The notes under the pieces: generated by a model
The model's input: the letters and a program-made list of their open reading frames with translations, nothing else
Told to the model about the DNA's origin: nothing
The model's database searches: none
Made by a program: the position numbers and the translations under genes
Source: an uncultured Gemmatimonadota bacterium
Lineage (GTDB): Bacteria > GCA-2686955
Assembly: GCA_964490075.1 (NCBI GenBank)
Contig: CAZBBK010000036.1
Coordinates: 1-56,040 of the forward strand
Direction of reading: 5' to 3'
DNA: 56,040 nucleotides
Part shown: positions 25,861 through 35,804 of the stretch, in pieces
How positions within the stretch are numbered: position 1 is the first letter of the stretch
How the letters are laid out: each line of letters begins with the position of its first letter

Positions 25861-27317
25861 TGGCTCTTATCCCCCAGATCTTCGAGCTGAATCGTCAACC
25901 CGTCTTCGGCGAGGCGTGCACGGGTGGCGCCCTGGCTGGAGACGGTTTCCAGGAATGCGTCGGTGATGCGGATGGCAACACCCGTGTGCAGCACCTCTTT
26001 GGCGACGACCGCGCCGGAGCGGGCGTCGTCGACGGCCATGCGCTCGATGCGCTCTTGTTCGCTGACCAACTGCTTCAGGCGCTTTCCGACCAGCGCCTGC
26101 TGGGCGCGGATCTGGGCCAGCTCCGGAGGCTCGCGGTCACTCTCTTGCTGCAGAGGACCCCGAGGCCGCAAGCGCACACTGGCGCGATCGAGTTGCTCCC
26201 ACTTCTTCTGTACCTGCTTGATCTCCGCGCGCAGTTGGCGCCGATGCGAGCGATGCCGCGAATGGGGATCCAGCGAAACTCTGGTGTTGATGCCGCGCGC
26301 CGATCCGAGCTGCTTGGCGCTGATCTCCAGCCCGGCCCGCGCCCGCCCGCCGGCCAGGGTGCCCCCGAGCGTGATGCGGCTGCCGCTGGAGATCTGGCAC
26401 TGGGACGCACTGGTCAGAATGAACACGTTGCCGTGAGCCTCGATTTCGCACTGCTCTGCGCTCCGGGCGGCGAAGTTGCCGGCGCAGCCCGCGCTGCCAT
26501 GGTGCTTGCCGAGCAGACCGCCTCCCAGCACGATGCTGCCTCCGGCGCGCAGCTTGGCGCCGTCGACCGTTCCGGTGACGAAGAGATGGCCGGCGGCCTC
26601 GAGCGGTGCGGTGCCGGATACGCGGCCGATGACCAGGAGGTGACCGAGGTGCGGCTCCGAGCTTGCGTTGAGCCTCAGTGGGCCCTGGATGGTCTCTACC
26701 GGCAGCACGTCGATGCGCGGTGGGTGCAGGAGCACCATTCCTTGGCGCGCGGCGTGGATCAGCAAGCGTTGCTCGTCGAAGGTGGGGTGGACGCCTGCTC
26801 CGAGCTCCAGGCGACTGAGCGCGGCGCGGATCGGCAACAGGGGCTCACCGGTGACGCTCTGTCCCGGCTTCAAAGTGTCGTCGACTCGGACTTCGGCTAT
26901 CAGGTCGCCCTCGGCGACCGAGCCGCAGGCTTCGACCGCGGCGCAAGCGAAGGCTTGCGAGCGATCGAGATCGTTGGGGCCGGGCACGGCCAGGCTCACT
27001 GCCGGTTGGATCAGCAGCTCGGCTCCGAACTCGGGAAGTGAGCCGACGGCGATGGTGAAGGGCTGCTCGCCGCGGGAAAAGGTGTTCAGACGTTCCAGAG
27101 CCGCATGAATCGTGGCCGGCTGAATGCCGCTGCGCAGCTTGTGTTGCTTGAGGTAGGCGACCAGGGCGGGGAGCTCGAAGGGAGTGACCGGCGGCGGGTG
27201 AGAGAGCACCACCAGGTCGCAGGAGAGCCCGTCGGGGGAGATCTCGAGTCGCAGCAGCGATTCCAGCTTCGAGGGCGGTCCATCGAGCGAACCGGCCGCT
27301 TTGCGGTGATCGCTCAC
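25857..27317 (-). CDS. FapA/DUF342 family flagellar assembly protein
   Basis: LEISPDG, PGQSVTGE, beta-helix-like repeats (V.G.V, A.G.I.L.GG), LGSARGINTRV, coiled coil, V....LHTGV.I.I; GTG 27317 with GGAGG RBS. Confidence 0.82.
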   Translation of the reverse strand: MSDHRKAAGSLDGPPSKLESLLRLEISPDGLSCDLVVLSHPPPVTPFELPALVAYLKQHKLRSGIQPATIHAALERLNTFSRGEQPFTIAVGSLPEFGAELLIQPAVSLAVPGPNDLDRSQAFACAAVEACGSVAEGDLIAEVRVDDTLKPGQSVTGEPLLPIRAALSRLELGAGVHPTFDEQRLLIHAARQGMVLLHPPRIDVLPVETIQGPLRLNASSEPHLGHLLVIGRVSGTAPLEAAGHLFVTGTVDGAKLRAGGSIVLGGGLLGKHHGSAGCAGNFAARSAEQCEIEAHGNVFILTSASQCQISSGSRITLGGTLAGGRARAGLEISAKQLGSARGINTRVSLDPHSRHRSHRRQLRAEIKQVQKKWEQLDRASVRLRPRGPLQQESDREPPELAQIRAQQALVGKRLKQLVSEQERIERMAVDDARSGAVVAKEVLHTGVAIRITDAFLETVSSQGATRARLAEDGLTIQLEDLGDKSQ

Positions 27318-27940
27318 GAGGGTCCTCCAGATGCCGCGAGCTGCTGGCCTGCCTCGCTCTCGAAACGACCCAGCTCGAGACCGATCCGGCGCGCGAGATC
27401 GGTGATCGCTTCGGCCTCCAGCCGGCGCAGCTCGAGGGCTGGCGGCGGCTTGGGGGGAGCGTTGGAGAGCAGGCGGTGCGACCAGCCACCACGGCTGCGG
27501 CCGGTGATCCGGGCCCCTGGGAGCAGCATGTCGTGATCGCTGGAGAAGACCGTGATGATCGCCGACGCGCTGCTGGTGGGGGCTACGCGGTTCCAGAGAT
27601 AGGGAATGCGGGTCGACCGAGCGACGTCCAGGCGCAGCGGTTCGGGTCGAACGATGAGCACCCGCCCCTCCTGGCGCCAGGTGAAGGGGTCGGAAAGAAG
27701 CGACTGCACCTGTGCGCGCTCGACGATCTCGAGGGCGCCGTAAACGCCGGTCGACGCCAGCTGCCGGGAGAGCTCCAGGGCCAGGTTGGCGAAAGCGTCG
27801 CTGGGGCGGGATTGGACCAGGAATGTGCGCACGCCCGGGCGCTCTCGATCGACCCGCAAGGGACGCAGCGCATCGGATCCGCCGAAGAAGAGGCAGCCGG
27901 AGATGGAAAGCGTGATACCCGCCAGTGCCCAGCGTCTCAT
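27314..27940 (-). CDS. Hypothetical lipoprotein
   Basis: MRRWALAGITLSISG|C lipobox-like signal; overlaps both neighbours by 4 nt. Confidence 0.65.
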   Translation of the reverse strand: MRRWALAGITLSISGCLFFGGSDALRPLRVDRERPGVRTFLVQSRPSDAFANLALELSRQLASTGVYGALEIVERAQVQSLLSDPFTWRQEGRVLIVRPEPLRLDVARSTRIPYLWNRVAPTSSASAIITVFSSDHDMLLPGARITGRSRGGWSHRLLSNAPPKPPPALELRRLEAEAITDLARRIGLELGRFESEAGQQLAASGGPS

Positions 27941-28335
27941 GAGCGCAGCTCCTCGTCGAGCGCCGCCTGGGGCCTGATTGCGTCTTCCAGATCCTGGAGC
28001 CGGGCTTCGGTCTTGGACAGGCGCGCTTCCAGCTCTCGGTAGATGCCCAAGGCGATCTGTAGCTCTGACTCGCGCTGTGCGATGCGGCGACTGAGCCTCT
28101 TGCCCTGCTCGGCTGGAAGCGGCGGGCTCGCGGCGGGCTCCTTGCGGCGCGCGCGCCGGCGTCTGCCGAGCGTCGCCCCGGCCACGGCCGGCAGAATCGA
28201 GCTGGCGACAACCAGGGCGGCGAAGAGCGCCGGGGAGTCGAGCAGCTCGCTCAAGCCGACGCGGTAGATCGCCACGCAGGGCACCAGCAGCGCCGTGACG
28301 GCCAAAGCAACCGACCAGATCGCCGAGACTCTCAT
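27937..28335 (-). CDS. Hypothetical protein with two TM segments and a C-terminal coiled coil
   Basis: MRVSAIWSVALAVTALLVPC..., second hydrophobic segment, YRELEARLSKTEARLQDLE; ATG 2 nt after the upstream stop. Confidence 0.6.
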   Translation of the reverse strand: MRVSAIWSVALAVTALLVPCVAIYRVGLSELLDSPALFAALVVASSILPAVAGATLGRRRRARRKEPAASPPLPAEQGKRLSRRIAQRESELQIALGIYRELEARLSKTEARLQDLEDAIRPQAALDEELRS

Positions 28336-28337
28336 CC

Positions 28338-28682
28338 TCAGGCCTCCAAGTCCACGTGCGCGCCGGGCTCGCCGGGCGCCTTTTCGTGAGCCTGGGACTC
28401 CTCGTCGTAGAGCACGAGCTGGGTTTCCTCCTGTCGATTGGTGTTGCGATTTCGATTGCGCCGCCGCCGCTTCTTGTCTTTGCCGTCTTCCTTGGCGCTC
28501 AATCTGGCGCGTTCGCTCTTCTCGGCGGCCTGTGCGCGAGTTCGACTGGCCTGAGCCTGGCGTGCCGCCTCTTCCGACGCGGCGCGCATCGCCTCGGCCG
28601 GTTTCTGGTTTTCTTCGGCGACGGTTCTCACCGCTGCCTCTACGCGATTGACCAGGTTTTGTGTGCTGATGGGTCGAGTCAT
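28338..28682 (-). CDS. Hypothetical charged protein downstream of fliA
   Basis: RBS GGAGGGAAG; 114 aa; ends PGAHVDLEA. Confidence 0.65.
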   Translation of the reverse strand: MTRPISTQNLVNRVEAAVRTVAEENQKPAEAMRAASEEAARQAQASRTRAQAAEKSERARLSAKEDGKDKKRRRRNRNRNTNRQEETQLVLYDEESQAHEKAPGEPGAHVDLEA

Positions 28683-28721
28683 CTCTTCCCTCCGCTGGTG
28701 CGTGTGCGCCCGATCCTAGAT

Positions 28722-29498
28722 CTAGGTCGGCGCTCTGGCACTCCTCTCCCGTTGCTCCGCCATGCGTCCTCTGAGCTTCAGGATGGTCTTGGTGTGGATC
28801 TGCGAGATGCGGGATTCCGAGAGCTTCAAGATGCGTCCGATCTCTTTGAGGGTGAGCTCTTCGTAGTAGTAAAGAGCCAGAATCAGCTTCTCTTTTTCGG
28901 GCAGGCGGTCGATGGTGCGCGCCAGCTCGTCGCGGAGCTCTTCCGATTGCAGCGAGTCCAGAGGATTGGACGAAGTGCTCGATTCGAGCACGTCCATCAA
29001 AGTCATGGTGCCACTGCTGTTGTCGTTCGAGTAGATCTGTTCCAGAGAAAGCACGGTGGTGCTCGATACCTCGCGCACCATCTTGCGAAATTCGGGGATG
29101 CTCACCGCGAGGTGCTCGGCCACCTCGGCGTCGGTCGCCGGCCGACCCAGCTTCTGGTCCAGGTGCCGGCACGCGCCTTCGATCTTCTTGGTCTTCTGGC
29201 GGATGGAGCGCGGGATCCAATCGAGCGATCTGAGCTCATCCATGATGGCGCCGTATACCCGCATCTTGGCGAAGGTCTCGAAGGCGATGCCCTTTCCGGG
29301 ATCGAAACGCTCGATCGCGTTCATCAATCCCAGGATGCCCACGCTCTCCAGGTCTGACACTTCGACGTGCGGCGGCAGACTGGCGGCGGTCTTCGACGCG
29401 ATATAGCCGACCAAGGGCAGGTAGCATTCGATCAGACGATTGCGCACATCGGTGGTTCGAGCGACCTGGTACTCGGCCCAGAGTTCTTGGTTTTTCAT
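28722..29498 (-). CDS. fliA: Flagellar sigma factor sigma-28 (FliA/WhiG)
   Basis: YLPLV, GAIMDELRSLDWIPRS.R, LYYYEELTLKEIG.IL.LSESRISQIH. Confidence 0.96.
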   Translation of the reverse strand: MKNQELWAEYQVARTTDVRNRLIECYLPLVGYIASKTAASLPPHVEVSDLESVGILGLMNAIERFDPGKGIAFETFAKMRVYGAIMDELRSLDWIPRSIRQKTKKIEGACRHLDQKLGRPATDAEVAEHLAVSIPEFRKMVREVSSTTVLSLEQIYSNDNSSGTMTLMDVLESSTSSNPLDSLQSEELRDELARTIDRLPEKEKLILALYYYEELTLKEIGRILKLSESRISQIHTKTILKLRGRMAEQRERSARAPT

Positions 29499-30331
29499 GG
29501 CGCCACACTTTGCGTCGGGGTCTGCGTTGGCGAAGGCTCGGAGTCGGGCCGGCGGGTTCGAGCGACGACTTGACCGGCGATCTCGAATACGGCTCTGCTG
29601 GCGCGGGACTTGGGTTGTTCCAGGATGAACGCGCTCTGGGTGCGCGTGGCTTCGGCGACGGCGGCGTCCTCCGGTACCCAGCCGAGCATCGGAGGTGAGA
29701 GCGCGAGAAACTCGCTGGCGACTCGCCGCAGGCGCTCAGCGATGGTGTGCGCTTCGGATTTGTCGCGTGCTCGGTTGATGACCACGTGCACCGCGTGGGC
29801 GGCGCCCAGATCTCGCATCACTTTCAGCATGCCGTAGGCATCGGTGAATGCCGCCGGCTCACCGGTGACCACGAGCAGGACGATCTGAGCTTTCTGCACC
29901 ACTTCCAAGGTAGGGGGTGCGAGGCCGGCGCCGGTGTCGCATACCAGCAGATCGCGGTCCTTCCGCAACAGCTCGATGTTGCGGACCAGATCGGCCGCTC
30001 CCGCGTCGGGCCGTCTCGCCAGCGACAGATCGGCGCAGGGGCCTGGTAGCAGCTCGAGGCCCAGCGGTGCTTCCTGGATCGCCGCGTGCAAAGTGGAGCT
30101 GTCTGGGGTGGCGAAGAGCGTGTGCTCCGCGGCGGGGGGCAGCATGCCCAGCAGAACATCGGCGTCGGCGAAGCCGAGATCGCCATCCAGGAGCAGCGTG
30201 CGGCGGCGGCGCCCGGCCGCGGCCAGGGCCAGGTTGACGGCCAACGAGGTCTTGCCGACGCCGCCCTTGCCGCTGACCACCGCGGCCAGGGGGGCGTGGG
30301 GGCGGCCGGCCGGGGAGCGGGCGTCAATCAT
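29495..30331 (-). CDS. flhG: FlhG/FleN MinD-like ATPase
   Basis: SGKGGVGKT, DGDLG.A..DVLLG, DTGAG, TGEP.A.TDAY..LK; lies between flhF and fliA. Confidence 0.9.
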   Translation of the reverse strand: MIDARSPAGRPHAPLAAVVSGKGGVGKTSLAVNLALAAAGRRRRTLLLDGDLGFADADVLLGMLPPAAEHTLFATPDSSTLHAAIQEAPLGLELLPGPCADLSLARRPDAGAADLVRNIELLRKDRDLLVCDTGAGLAPPTLEVVQKAQIVLLVVTGEPAAFTDAYGMLKVMRDLGAAHAVHVVINRARDKSEAHTIAERLRRVASEFLALSPPMLGWVPEDAAVAEATRTQSAFILEQPKSRASRAVFEIAGQVVARTRRPDSEPSPTQTPTQSVAP

Positions 30332-31391
30332 CGCCCAGGTCTCCCAGAAGGGCGGCGGCCAGACGATCGGGTCTGGCGGGGGCGATGTCGTCGGGAATCG
30401 CCGGACCCGTGGTGATGTGGCTGAAGGGCAGGCCGAGGTCGGCGCAGGTGAGCAGGATGCCGGGGCGCACCGTCTCGTCCAGCTTGGTGACGATGATCCG
30501 GGAGGGGCGCAAGACCGCGAGCCGCTCGGCCCAGGCGCGCAGGTCCGATGCCGACGAGGTCGCGGCCAGTGTCATCACCACGTCGCGCACCCCCAGGGCG
30601 TCGAAGACAGCGCAGAGCCGATCGAGGTCCGCGGCGCCCCGCCCACCGAGCCCGCTGGTGTCGACCAGGACGATGTCGCGATCGCGGAGCTCGGCCAGAG
30701 CCGGTGCGGCGTCCTTGGGCCGGGTCACGGTGCACAAGGGGAGGTCGAGGATGCGGGCGTAGGTGCGTAGCTGCTGCAGCGCTGCGATGCGCCGATTGTC
30801 CTCGCTGATCAGTCCGACACGGCGCCGCTGCTGAAGCGAAAAGCGCGCGGCCAGCTTGGCGATCGTGGTCGTCTTGCCGGCTCCGGTCGGTCCCACGAAG
30901 GCGACCACGTCGCTGCCGCCGCCGCTCGCCTTCAAGGGCGCAACGCGCTCCAGGAGCTCCAGCACGCGGCGCCGCACGAAGGCCTCCGTCTCGCGCGGCG
31001 TCACCGCCGCGCAGCTCTGGGCGATGTGCCGCACCAGAGTCTGCTCCACACCGACATCGAGCAGGTGGGTGAAGATCGGCGACTCGTGGGGCACCTGGAA
31101 GCGGATGAAGCTCTCCAGGATATCGAGGCGTTTGTGCACCTCGTCGACGCCGCGCGCGGGCGCCGTTGCCCCACCGGGGCGTGCAGCGCGCTCGGGCGTG
31201 GACCTCGGGCCGGGCCGAGGAGGCGTTCGCTCGGCACGAGGCGCAAGCGACTTCTCGACCGCGACCGACACTTCGCATTCCCCGCCCAGAGAGGTTCCCG
31301 TCGAGAGGATGACCGCCTCCTCGCCGGCTTCGCGGCGCACCCGGTCGAGCGCCTCCTTCATGGAGCGGCCCCGGAAGGTCAAGATCCTCAT
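30324..31391 (-). CDS. flhF: SRP-type GTPase FlhF
   Basis: MRILTF.G.SM.EAL..VR, GPTGAGKTTTIAKLAA, DTSG, TKLDET. Confidence 0.92.
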   Translation of the reverse strand: MRILTFRGRSMKEALDRVRREAGEEAVILSTGTSLGGECEVSVAVEKSLAPRAERTPPRPGPRSTPERAARPGGATAPARGVDEVHKRLDILESFIRFQVPHESPIFTHLLDVGVEQTLVRHIAQSCAAVTPRETEAFVRRRVLELLERVAPLKASGGGSDVVAFVGPTGAGKTTTIAKLAARFSLQQRRRVGLISEDNRRIAALQQLRTYARILDLPLCTVTRPKDAAPALAELRDRDIVLVDTSGLGGRGAADLDRLCAVFDALGVRDVVMTLAATSSASDLRAWAERLAVLRPSRIIVTKLDETVRPGILLTCADLGLPFSHITTGPAIPDDIAPARPDRLAAALLGDLGDD

Positions 31392-31407
31392 CGTCGATCG
31401 GCCCTCC

Positions 31408-33504
31408 TCATTGCGGCGCTGCCGCCGGCGCCTTGCCTGCTTGCACGGTGCCGATGGAGCTCACCTCGGTGGTCGGCGGTACCTCCTGGTAGGAGAGCAC
31501 CGCCAGGTGGGGAACGAGCGGCGCAAGCATGCGGCGCAGGGCGGCACGCAGTGCACCCGATGTCAAAATGATCGGCTGCTTGCCGGAAGAGATGACTTCT
31601 TCCATGGTGGTCGAGATCGACTGGGCCACCGCGGCGGCGTCGGATGGCCCGAGCACGATCGTGCGACGCCCCTCCAGGTCCTTGAGCGAGGCCACCAGCA
31701 TCTGCTCCAGCGCGGGATCGAGGGTGGCGACCTCAAGGGTCTGATCGGATGTGTAGAGGCGACAGATGGTCCGGCCGAGCTGCTGGCGGACGTGCTCGAG
31801 GACCATCTGAGGATCGCCCCCCGCGCCCAGCGCCTCGGCGGCGGCCTCCAGAATCGACCCCAGGTCGCGCACCGGCACTCCCTCGTCGAGCAGACCGTGC
31901 AGGATCCGTTGCAGCGTGCCGTGCCCCACCGGCTCCGGGACCAGGTCCTCGACCAGAGCGGGGGAGTCCTTCTTCAGCGCGTCGACCAGGGCACGCACCT
32001 CCTGGCGACCGACCAGGTTCGCGGCGTTGGTCTTGATCGTCTCGGTGAGGTGGGTGGCGATCACCGCGGGCACCTCGATGACGGTGTAGCCGGATGCCTC
32101 GGCCTTCTCGCGACGGCTCTCCGGAATCCAGTAGGCCGGCAGACCGAACACCGGCTCGGTGGTGGGAACCCCTTCGAGCCGCCCCTCGGCCAGCCCCGGA
32201 TCGAGGGCCATGAGCTGCCCGACCAGCACCGTGCCGCCGGCGACCCGCTCGCCGCGGATCTTGATCGAGTACTGATTGGACTGCAGCTGCATGTTGTCGC
32301 GAATGCGCACCAGGGGGACGACGATCCCCAGCTCCACCGCGCACTGGCGACGAATCAGGGTGATGCGCGAGAGCAGATCGCCGCCCTTCTCCGTGTCGAC
32401 CAGGGGGATCAGGCCGTAGCCGATCTCCAGCTCCATCGGATCGATGTGCAGCAGATCCTCGATCCGTTCGGCCTCCTCGGCGGCCGGCGCGTTGGCGGGA
32501 CCGGCGGCCGGGCCGGCGGGAGCGGCGTCGGGCTCGGCGGAAGCGGCCAGCGCGCGCCCCCCCGCCAGGCTGATCGCGCCGGTGATCGCCGCCAGCACCA
32601 GGAAGGGGACCGTCGGCAGGCCCGGAATCACCGCGAAGATCGCCAGGATGACCGAGGCCAGGAGCATCGCCCGCGGCTGGACCAGGATCTGGCGGGCCAT
32701 GTCGCGCCCCAGATTCTCCTGGGTGCCGGCGCGGGTCACGATGATGCCGGCGGCGGTGGAGATGAGCAGCGCCGGAATCTGCGAGACCAGCCCATCGCCG
32801 ACCGTGAGGATGGTGTAGGTCGCCATCGACTCGGAGACCGTCATCCCGAGCTGCGCGACGCCGATGATGAAGCCGCCGACGATGTTGATCAGGGTGATGA
32901 TGATGCCCGCCACCGCATCGCCGCGGACGAACTTGCTGGCGCCGTCCATGGCGCCGTAGAAATCGGCCTCGGAGGCGATCTCCTGGCGCCGCTTGCGCGC
33001 TTGGGCTTCGTCGATCAGTCCGGCGTTGAGATCGGCATCGATCGCCATCTGCTTGCCGGGCATCGCATCGAGCGTGAAGCGTGCCGCCACCTCGGCGATA
33101 CGGCCCGAGCCCTTGGTAATCACCACGAACTGGATGATCACCAGGATCAGGAAGATCACCATGCCGACGACGTAGTTGCCCTGCACCACGAAGCCGCCGA
33201 AGGCGCTGATCACCGAGCCGGCGTTGCCGGTGCCGAGGATCAGGCGGGTCGATGCGACGTTGAGCGCCAGGCGAAAGAGCGTGAGCACCAGGAGCAGGCC
33301 CGGGAAGACGCTGAACTCCATCGGCTCCGCCGTATAGAGCGCGATCATCAGCACGACCAGGCTGCAAGTGATGCTCAAGGAGAGCATCAGATCGAGCCCC
33401 ATGGGAGGGATCGGCACGATCATCACGGCCAGAATGGCAAGCATGCCGGCCGCCATGAGCATGTCGCTGCGCTCGATCAGCGCCTTGATGAAGCTCGGGC
33501 CCAG
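31408..33504 (-). CDS. flhA: Export gate protein FlhA (CTG start at 33504 proposed; first ATG is 33462)
   Basis: RIAEVAARFTLDAMPGKQMAIDADLN, FYGAMDGASKFVRGDA, VLSYQEV. Confidence 0.95.
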   Translation of the reverse strand: MGPSFIKALIERSDMLMAAGMLAILAVMIVPIPPMGLDLMLSLSITCSLVVLMIALYTAEPMEFSVFPGLLLVLTLFRLALNVASTRLILGTGNAGSVISAFGGFVVQGNYVVGMVIFLILVIIQFVVITKGSGRIAEVAARFTLDAMPGKQMAIDADLNAGLIDEAQARKRRQEIASEADFYGAMDGASKFVRGDAVAGIIITLINIVGGFIIGVAQLGMTVSESMATYTILTVGDGLVSQIPALLISTAAGIIVTRAGTQENLGRDMARQILVQPRAMLLASVILAIFAVIPGLPTVPFLVLAAITGAISLAGGRALAASAEPDAAPAGPAAGPANAPAAEEAERIEDLLHIDPMELEIGYGLIPLVDTEKGGDLLSRITLIRRQCAVELGIVVPLVRIRDNMQLQSNQYSIKIRGERVAGGTVLVGQLMALDPGLAEGRLEGVPTTEPVFGLPAYWIPESRREKAEASGYTVIEVPAVIATHLTETIKTNAANLVGRQEVRALVDALKKDSPALVEDLVPEPVGHGTLQRILHGLLDEGVPVRDLGSILEAAAEALGAGGDPQMVLEHVRQQLGRTICRLYTSDQTLEVATLDPALEQMLVASLKDLEGRRTIVLGPSDAAAVAQSISTTMEEVISSGKQPIILTSGALRAALRRMLAPLVPHLAVLSYQEVPPTTEVSSIGTVQAGKAPAAAPQ

Positions 33505-33661
33505 GGCTCCGCCTCCTGACTCGGTCCGTGCCCCTCGCCCGGCATTGGCGCCCGATGGCGGCGATGACGCGGGAGAAACGCGGCAGGTACTCGTACAAAA
33601 GTGTGCCCGTCAAAGAGATCGGCAGATTCGGCGATTCGATGAGTCGGGACGCGCGCGGACT

Positions 33662-34732
33662 CTAAAGACCCGTCGCCTTCTTGCGCCGATAGACCAGGGC
33701 GAGGATCTCTGCGACGGCGCCGTAGAGCTCGCGCGGGATCTGCTCGCCGATCTCGGTGGTGGCGTAGAGGGCGCGGGCGGTGACGGCATCCTCGACGATC
33801 GGCACGCTCGCCTGCTCGGCGATCTCGCGGATCTTCAGCGCCAGCAGATCCGCGCCTTTGGCGACCACGACCGGGGCGGCGGACTGGGGAGCGTCGTACT
33901 TCAGGGCGACCGCGTAGTGGGTCGGGTTGGTGACCACCACGTCGGCGTTCGGCACCGCCTTCATCATCCGCCGCCGCGACATCTCCTGCTGAATCCGCCG
34001 GATGCGGCTCTTCATCTGCGGGTCGCCCTCGGTCTCCTTCATCTCGTCCTTGACCTCTTGGCGGGTCATCTTCAGGTCTTGCGAGAGCTGCCACTTCTGA
34101 AAAGTATAGTCGAGCACCGCGAGCACGATCAGCGCCGCCAGCACGCGCAGCACCAGCGTCGTGACCAGGGTCACGGTGAGCAGCAAGAGGTGGTGCAGAT
34201 CGGAATTGGCCAGGCTCGGCGCGAAGCCGATGTAGTCGCTCACCGTCCAGACACCGATGCCCCCCATGATGCCGACCTTGGCCAGCGATTTGAGCAGCTC
34301 CATCGACGAGCGCTTGCTGAAGAAGCGACCGAATCCCTTGATCGGATTGATCTTCGACAGCTTCGGCTGGATCGCCTTGCTCGACGCCAGAAAACCCACC
34401 TGGGCGAGATTGACCGCCACTCCGGCCAGCAGCAGAACCACGAAGAAGGGACCGGCAACGGTGGCGACATAACCGAACCCGGCGAACGCCCCCTTTCGGT
34501 TGGCGATCTCCACCACGTCGACATCGCCGGCCCGCTGCCAGACAGTGAGCATCAGATTCGCGAGCCGCTGCAGGGCGACGCCGCCGAAGGCCCACAGAGC
34601 CAGTACCGCCGCCAGCAGCACCGCGACCGAGTTGAGCTCGGTGCTCTTGGCGACCTGTCCCTCGGAGCGGGCCTTTTCCCGCCTGCGGGGTGTTGCCTGC
34701 TCGGTGCGTTCTTGGGCGCTTGCTTCGGCCAT
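33662..34732 (-). CDS. flhB: Export switch protein FlhB
   Basis: ERTEQATPRR, EGDPQMKSRIR, autocleavage motif TNPTHYAVAL. Confidence 0.96.
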   Translation of the reverse strand: MAEASAQERTEQATPRRREKARSEGQVAKSTELNSVAVLLAAVLALWAFGGVALQRLANLMLTVWQRAGDVDVVEIANRKGAFAGFGYVATVAGPFFVVLLLAGVAVNLAQVGFLASSKAIQPKLSKINPIKGFGRFFSKRSSMELLKSLAKVGIMGGIGVWTVSDYIGFAPSLANSDLHHLLLLTVTLVTTLVLRVLAALIVLAVLDYTFQKWQLSQDLKMTRQEVKDEMKETEGDPQMKSRIRRIQQEMSRRRMMKAVPNADVVVTNPTHYAVALKYDAPQSAAPVVVAKGADLLALKIREIAEQASVPIVEDAVTARALYATTEIGEQIPRELYGAVAEILALVYRRKKATGL

Positions 34733-34735
34733 GGC

Positions 34736-35518
34736 TCAAGCCCCCGAGAGCGCTGCCAGCAGAGTGAGGGCGTCGCGTTGCAGGCCGTGCCAGGCGAGGC
34801 CGAAGGCCGCCGCGAAGAAGGGCGCGCTCAGGTAGCAGCCCACGAAGCCGAGCGCGACCTTGATCGGAAAGCCGACGATGAACACGTTCATCTGCGGCAC
34901 GGTGCGGGCGATCAGAGCGAGCGTGATCGAGGTCGCGAAGAGCGCCGCGATCACCGGTGCCGCCAGCTGGACGGCCAGCGTGAAGATCTCCGCGGTCAAC
35001 CGCACCAAGAGCCGCGCGGCGCCGCCGGTCAGCACCAGTGCATCGATCGGCACCAGCTCGAAGGAGCGAACGATCGCGCGCAGCACGAAATGATGCCCGT
35101 CGACGGCCAAGAAGAGCAGCACCGCGACGACGTAGAGGAACTCACCGACCACAGAGAGCGACACCTGGCCCTGGGGATCGACGGTATTGGCCATCGCCAA
35201 CCCCATCTGGTAGCCGATGACATGCCCCCCGAACTGGGTTGCCGAGAAGATCAGGGAGAGCGCGAAGGCGAGCATCCCACCGATCGCAACCTCTTTGAGG
35301 CCGAGCACCACGAACTGCGAGAGCACGTCCTCTTCCAGATCGGGAACATCGACCAGTGGGGTGACGATCAGGGCGATCAACAGAGCGAGACCCAGGCGGA
35401 TTCGGGGAGAGACGTTCTTGAATCCGTAGAAGGGCGCCAGCGCCAACATGGCGCTCAGTCGCAGCAGCACCAGAATGAAGCGCCCCGAGGCGAACTCGAA
35501 GAGCGCGAGCGGCTCCAC
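34736..35518 (-). CDS. fliR: Export apparatus protein FliR
   Basis: G..IGYQMGL, ARTVPQMNVFIVGFP.K. Confidence 0.93.
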   Translation of the reverse strand: MEPLALFEFASGRFILVLLRLSAMLALAPFYGFKNVSPRIRLGLALLIALIVTPLVDVPDLEEDVLSQFVVLGLKEVAIGGMLAFALSLIFSATQFGGHVIGYQMGLAMANTVDPQGQVSLSVVGEFLYVVAVLLFLAVDGHHFVLRAIVRSFELVPIDALVLTGGAARLLVRLTAEIFTLAVQLAAPVIAALFATSITLALIARTVPQMNVFIVGFPIKVALGFVGCYLSAPFFAAAFGLAWHGLQRDALTLLAALSGA

Positions 35519-35519
35519 G

Positions 35520-35789
35520 TTACGACGCCAATAGCGGAATCGAGATGATCAGCTCCGTGGTGTAGCCGACGATCAGAGAGATCATCCACGGCAGGAAGAC
35601 GATCAGCGCCCCCACCACCGCCAGAATCTTGGGGATGAAGGTCAAGGTCATCTCGTGGATCTGTGTCACGGCCTGGAAGATGCTCACCGTCAGCCCGACC
35701 GCCAGCCCCAGGGCGAGCATCGGCGAGGCCAGAAAGAGGGTCAGCAAGAGAGCCTGTCGGGCCATCGAGACAGCATATTCTTCAGTCAT
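35520..35789 (-). CDS. fliQ: Export apparatus protein FliQ
   Basis: SIFQAVTQIHEMTLTFIPKI. Confidence 0.95.
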   Translation of the reverse strand: MTEEYAVSMARQALLLTLFLASPMLALGLAVGLTVSIFQAVTQIHEMTLTFIPKILAVVGALIVFLPWMISLIVGYTTELIISIPLLAS

Positions 35790-35804
35790 GGCGCGCGATC
35801 CGGG

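Noticed and set aside
27318-28211. ORF-track 784-aa FapA; similar over-extensions at 3305, 4015, 4916, 10129, 10314, 12714, 22998, 48666 and 53777
   Set aside because: Stop-poor GC-rich frames overlapping real genes. Internal starts with RBS or coupling fit the family N-termini.
24600-30100. Visibly lower GC and less biased codons around fliA-FapA-GGDEF as a possible acquired island
   Set aside because: Not quantified. The genes sit in normal flagellar synteny, with no integrase, tRNA or flanking repeats.
33518-33661. Possible sigma-54 promoter or UAS in the flhB-flhA gap (GGGCACG; CGGCAGATTCGGCGA)
   Set aside because: No GC at the -12 position and no partner box at 22 bp. A promoter may exist, but I cannot support one.
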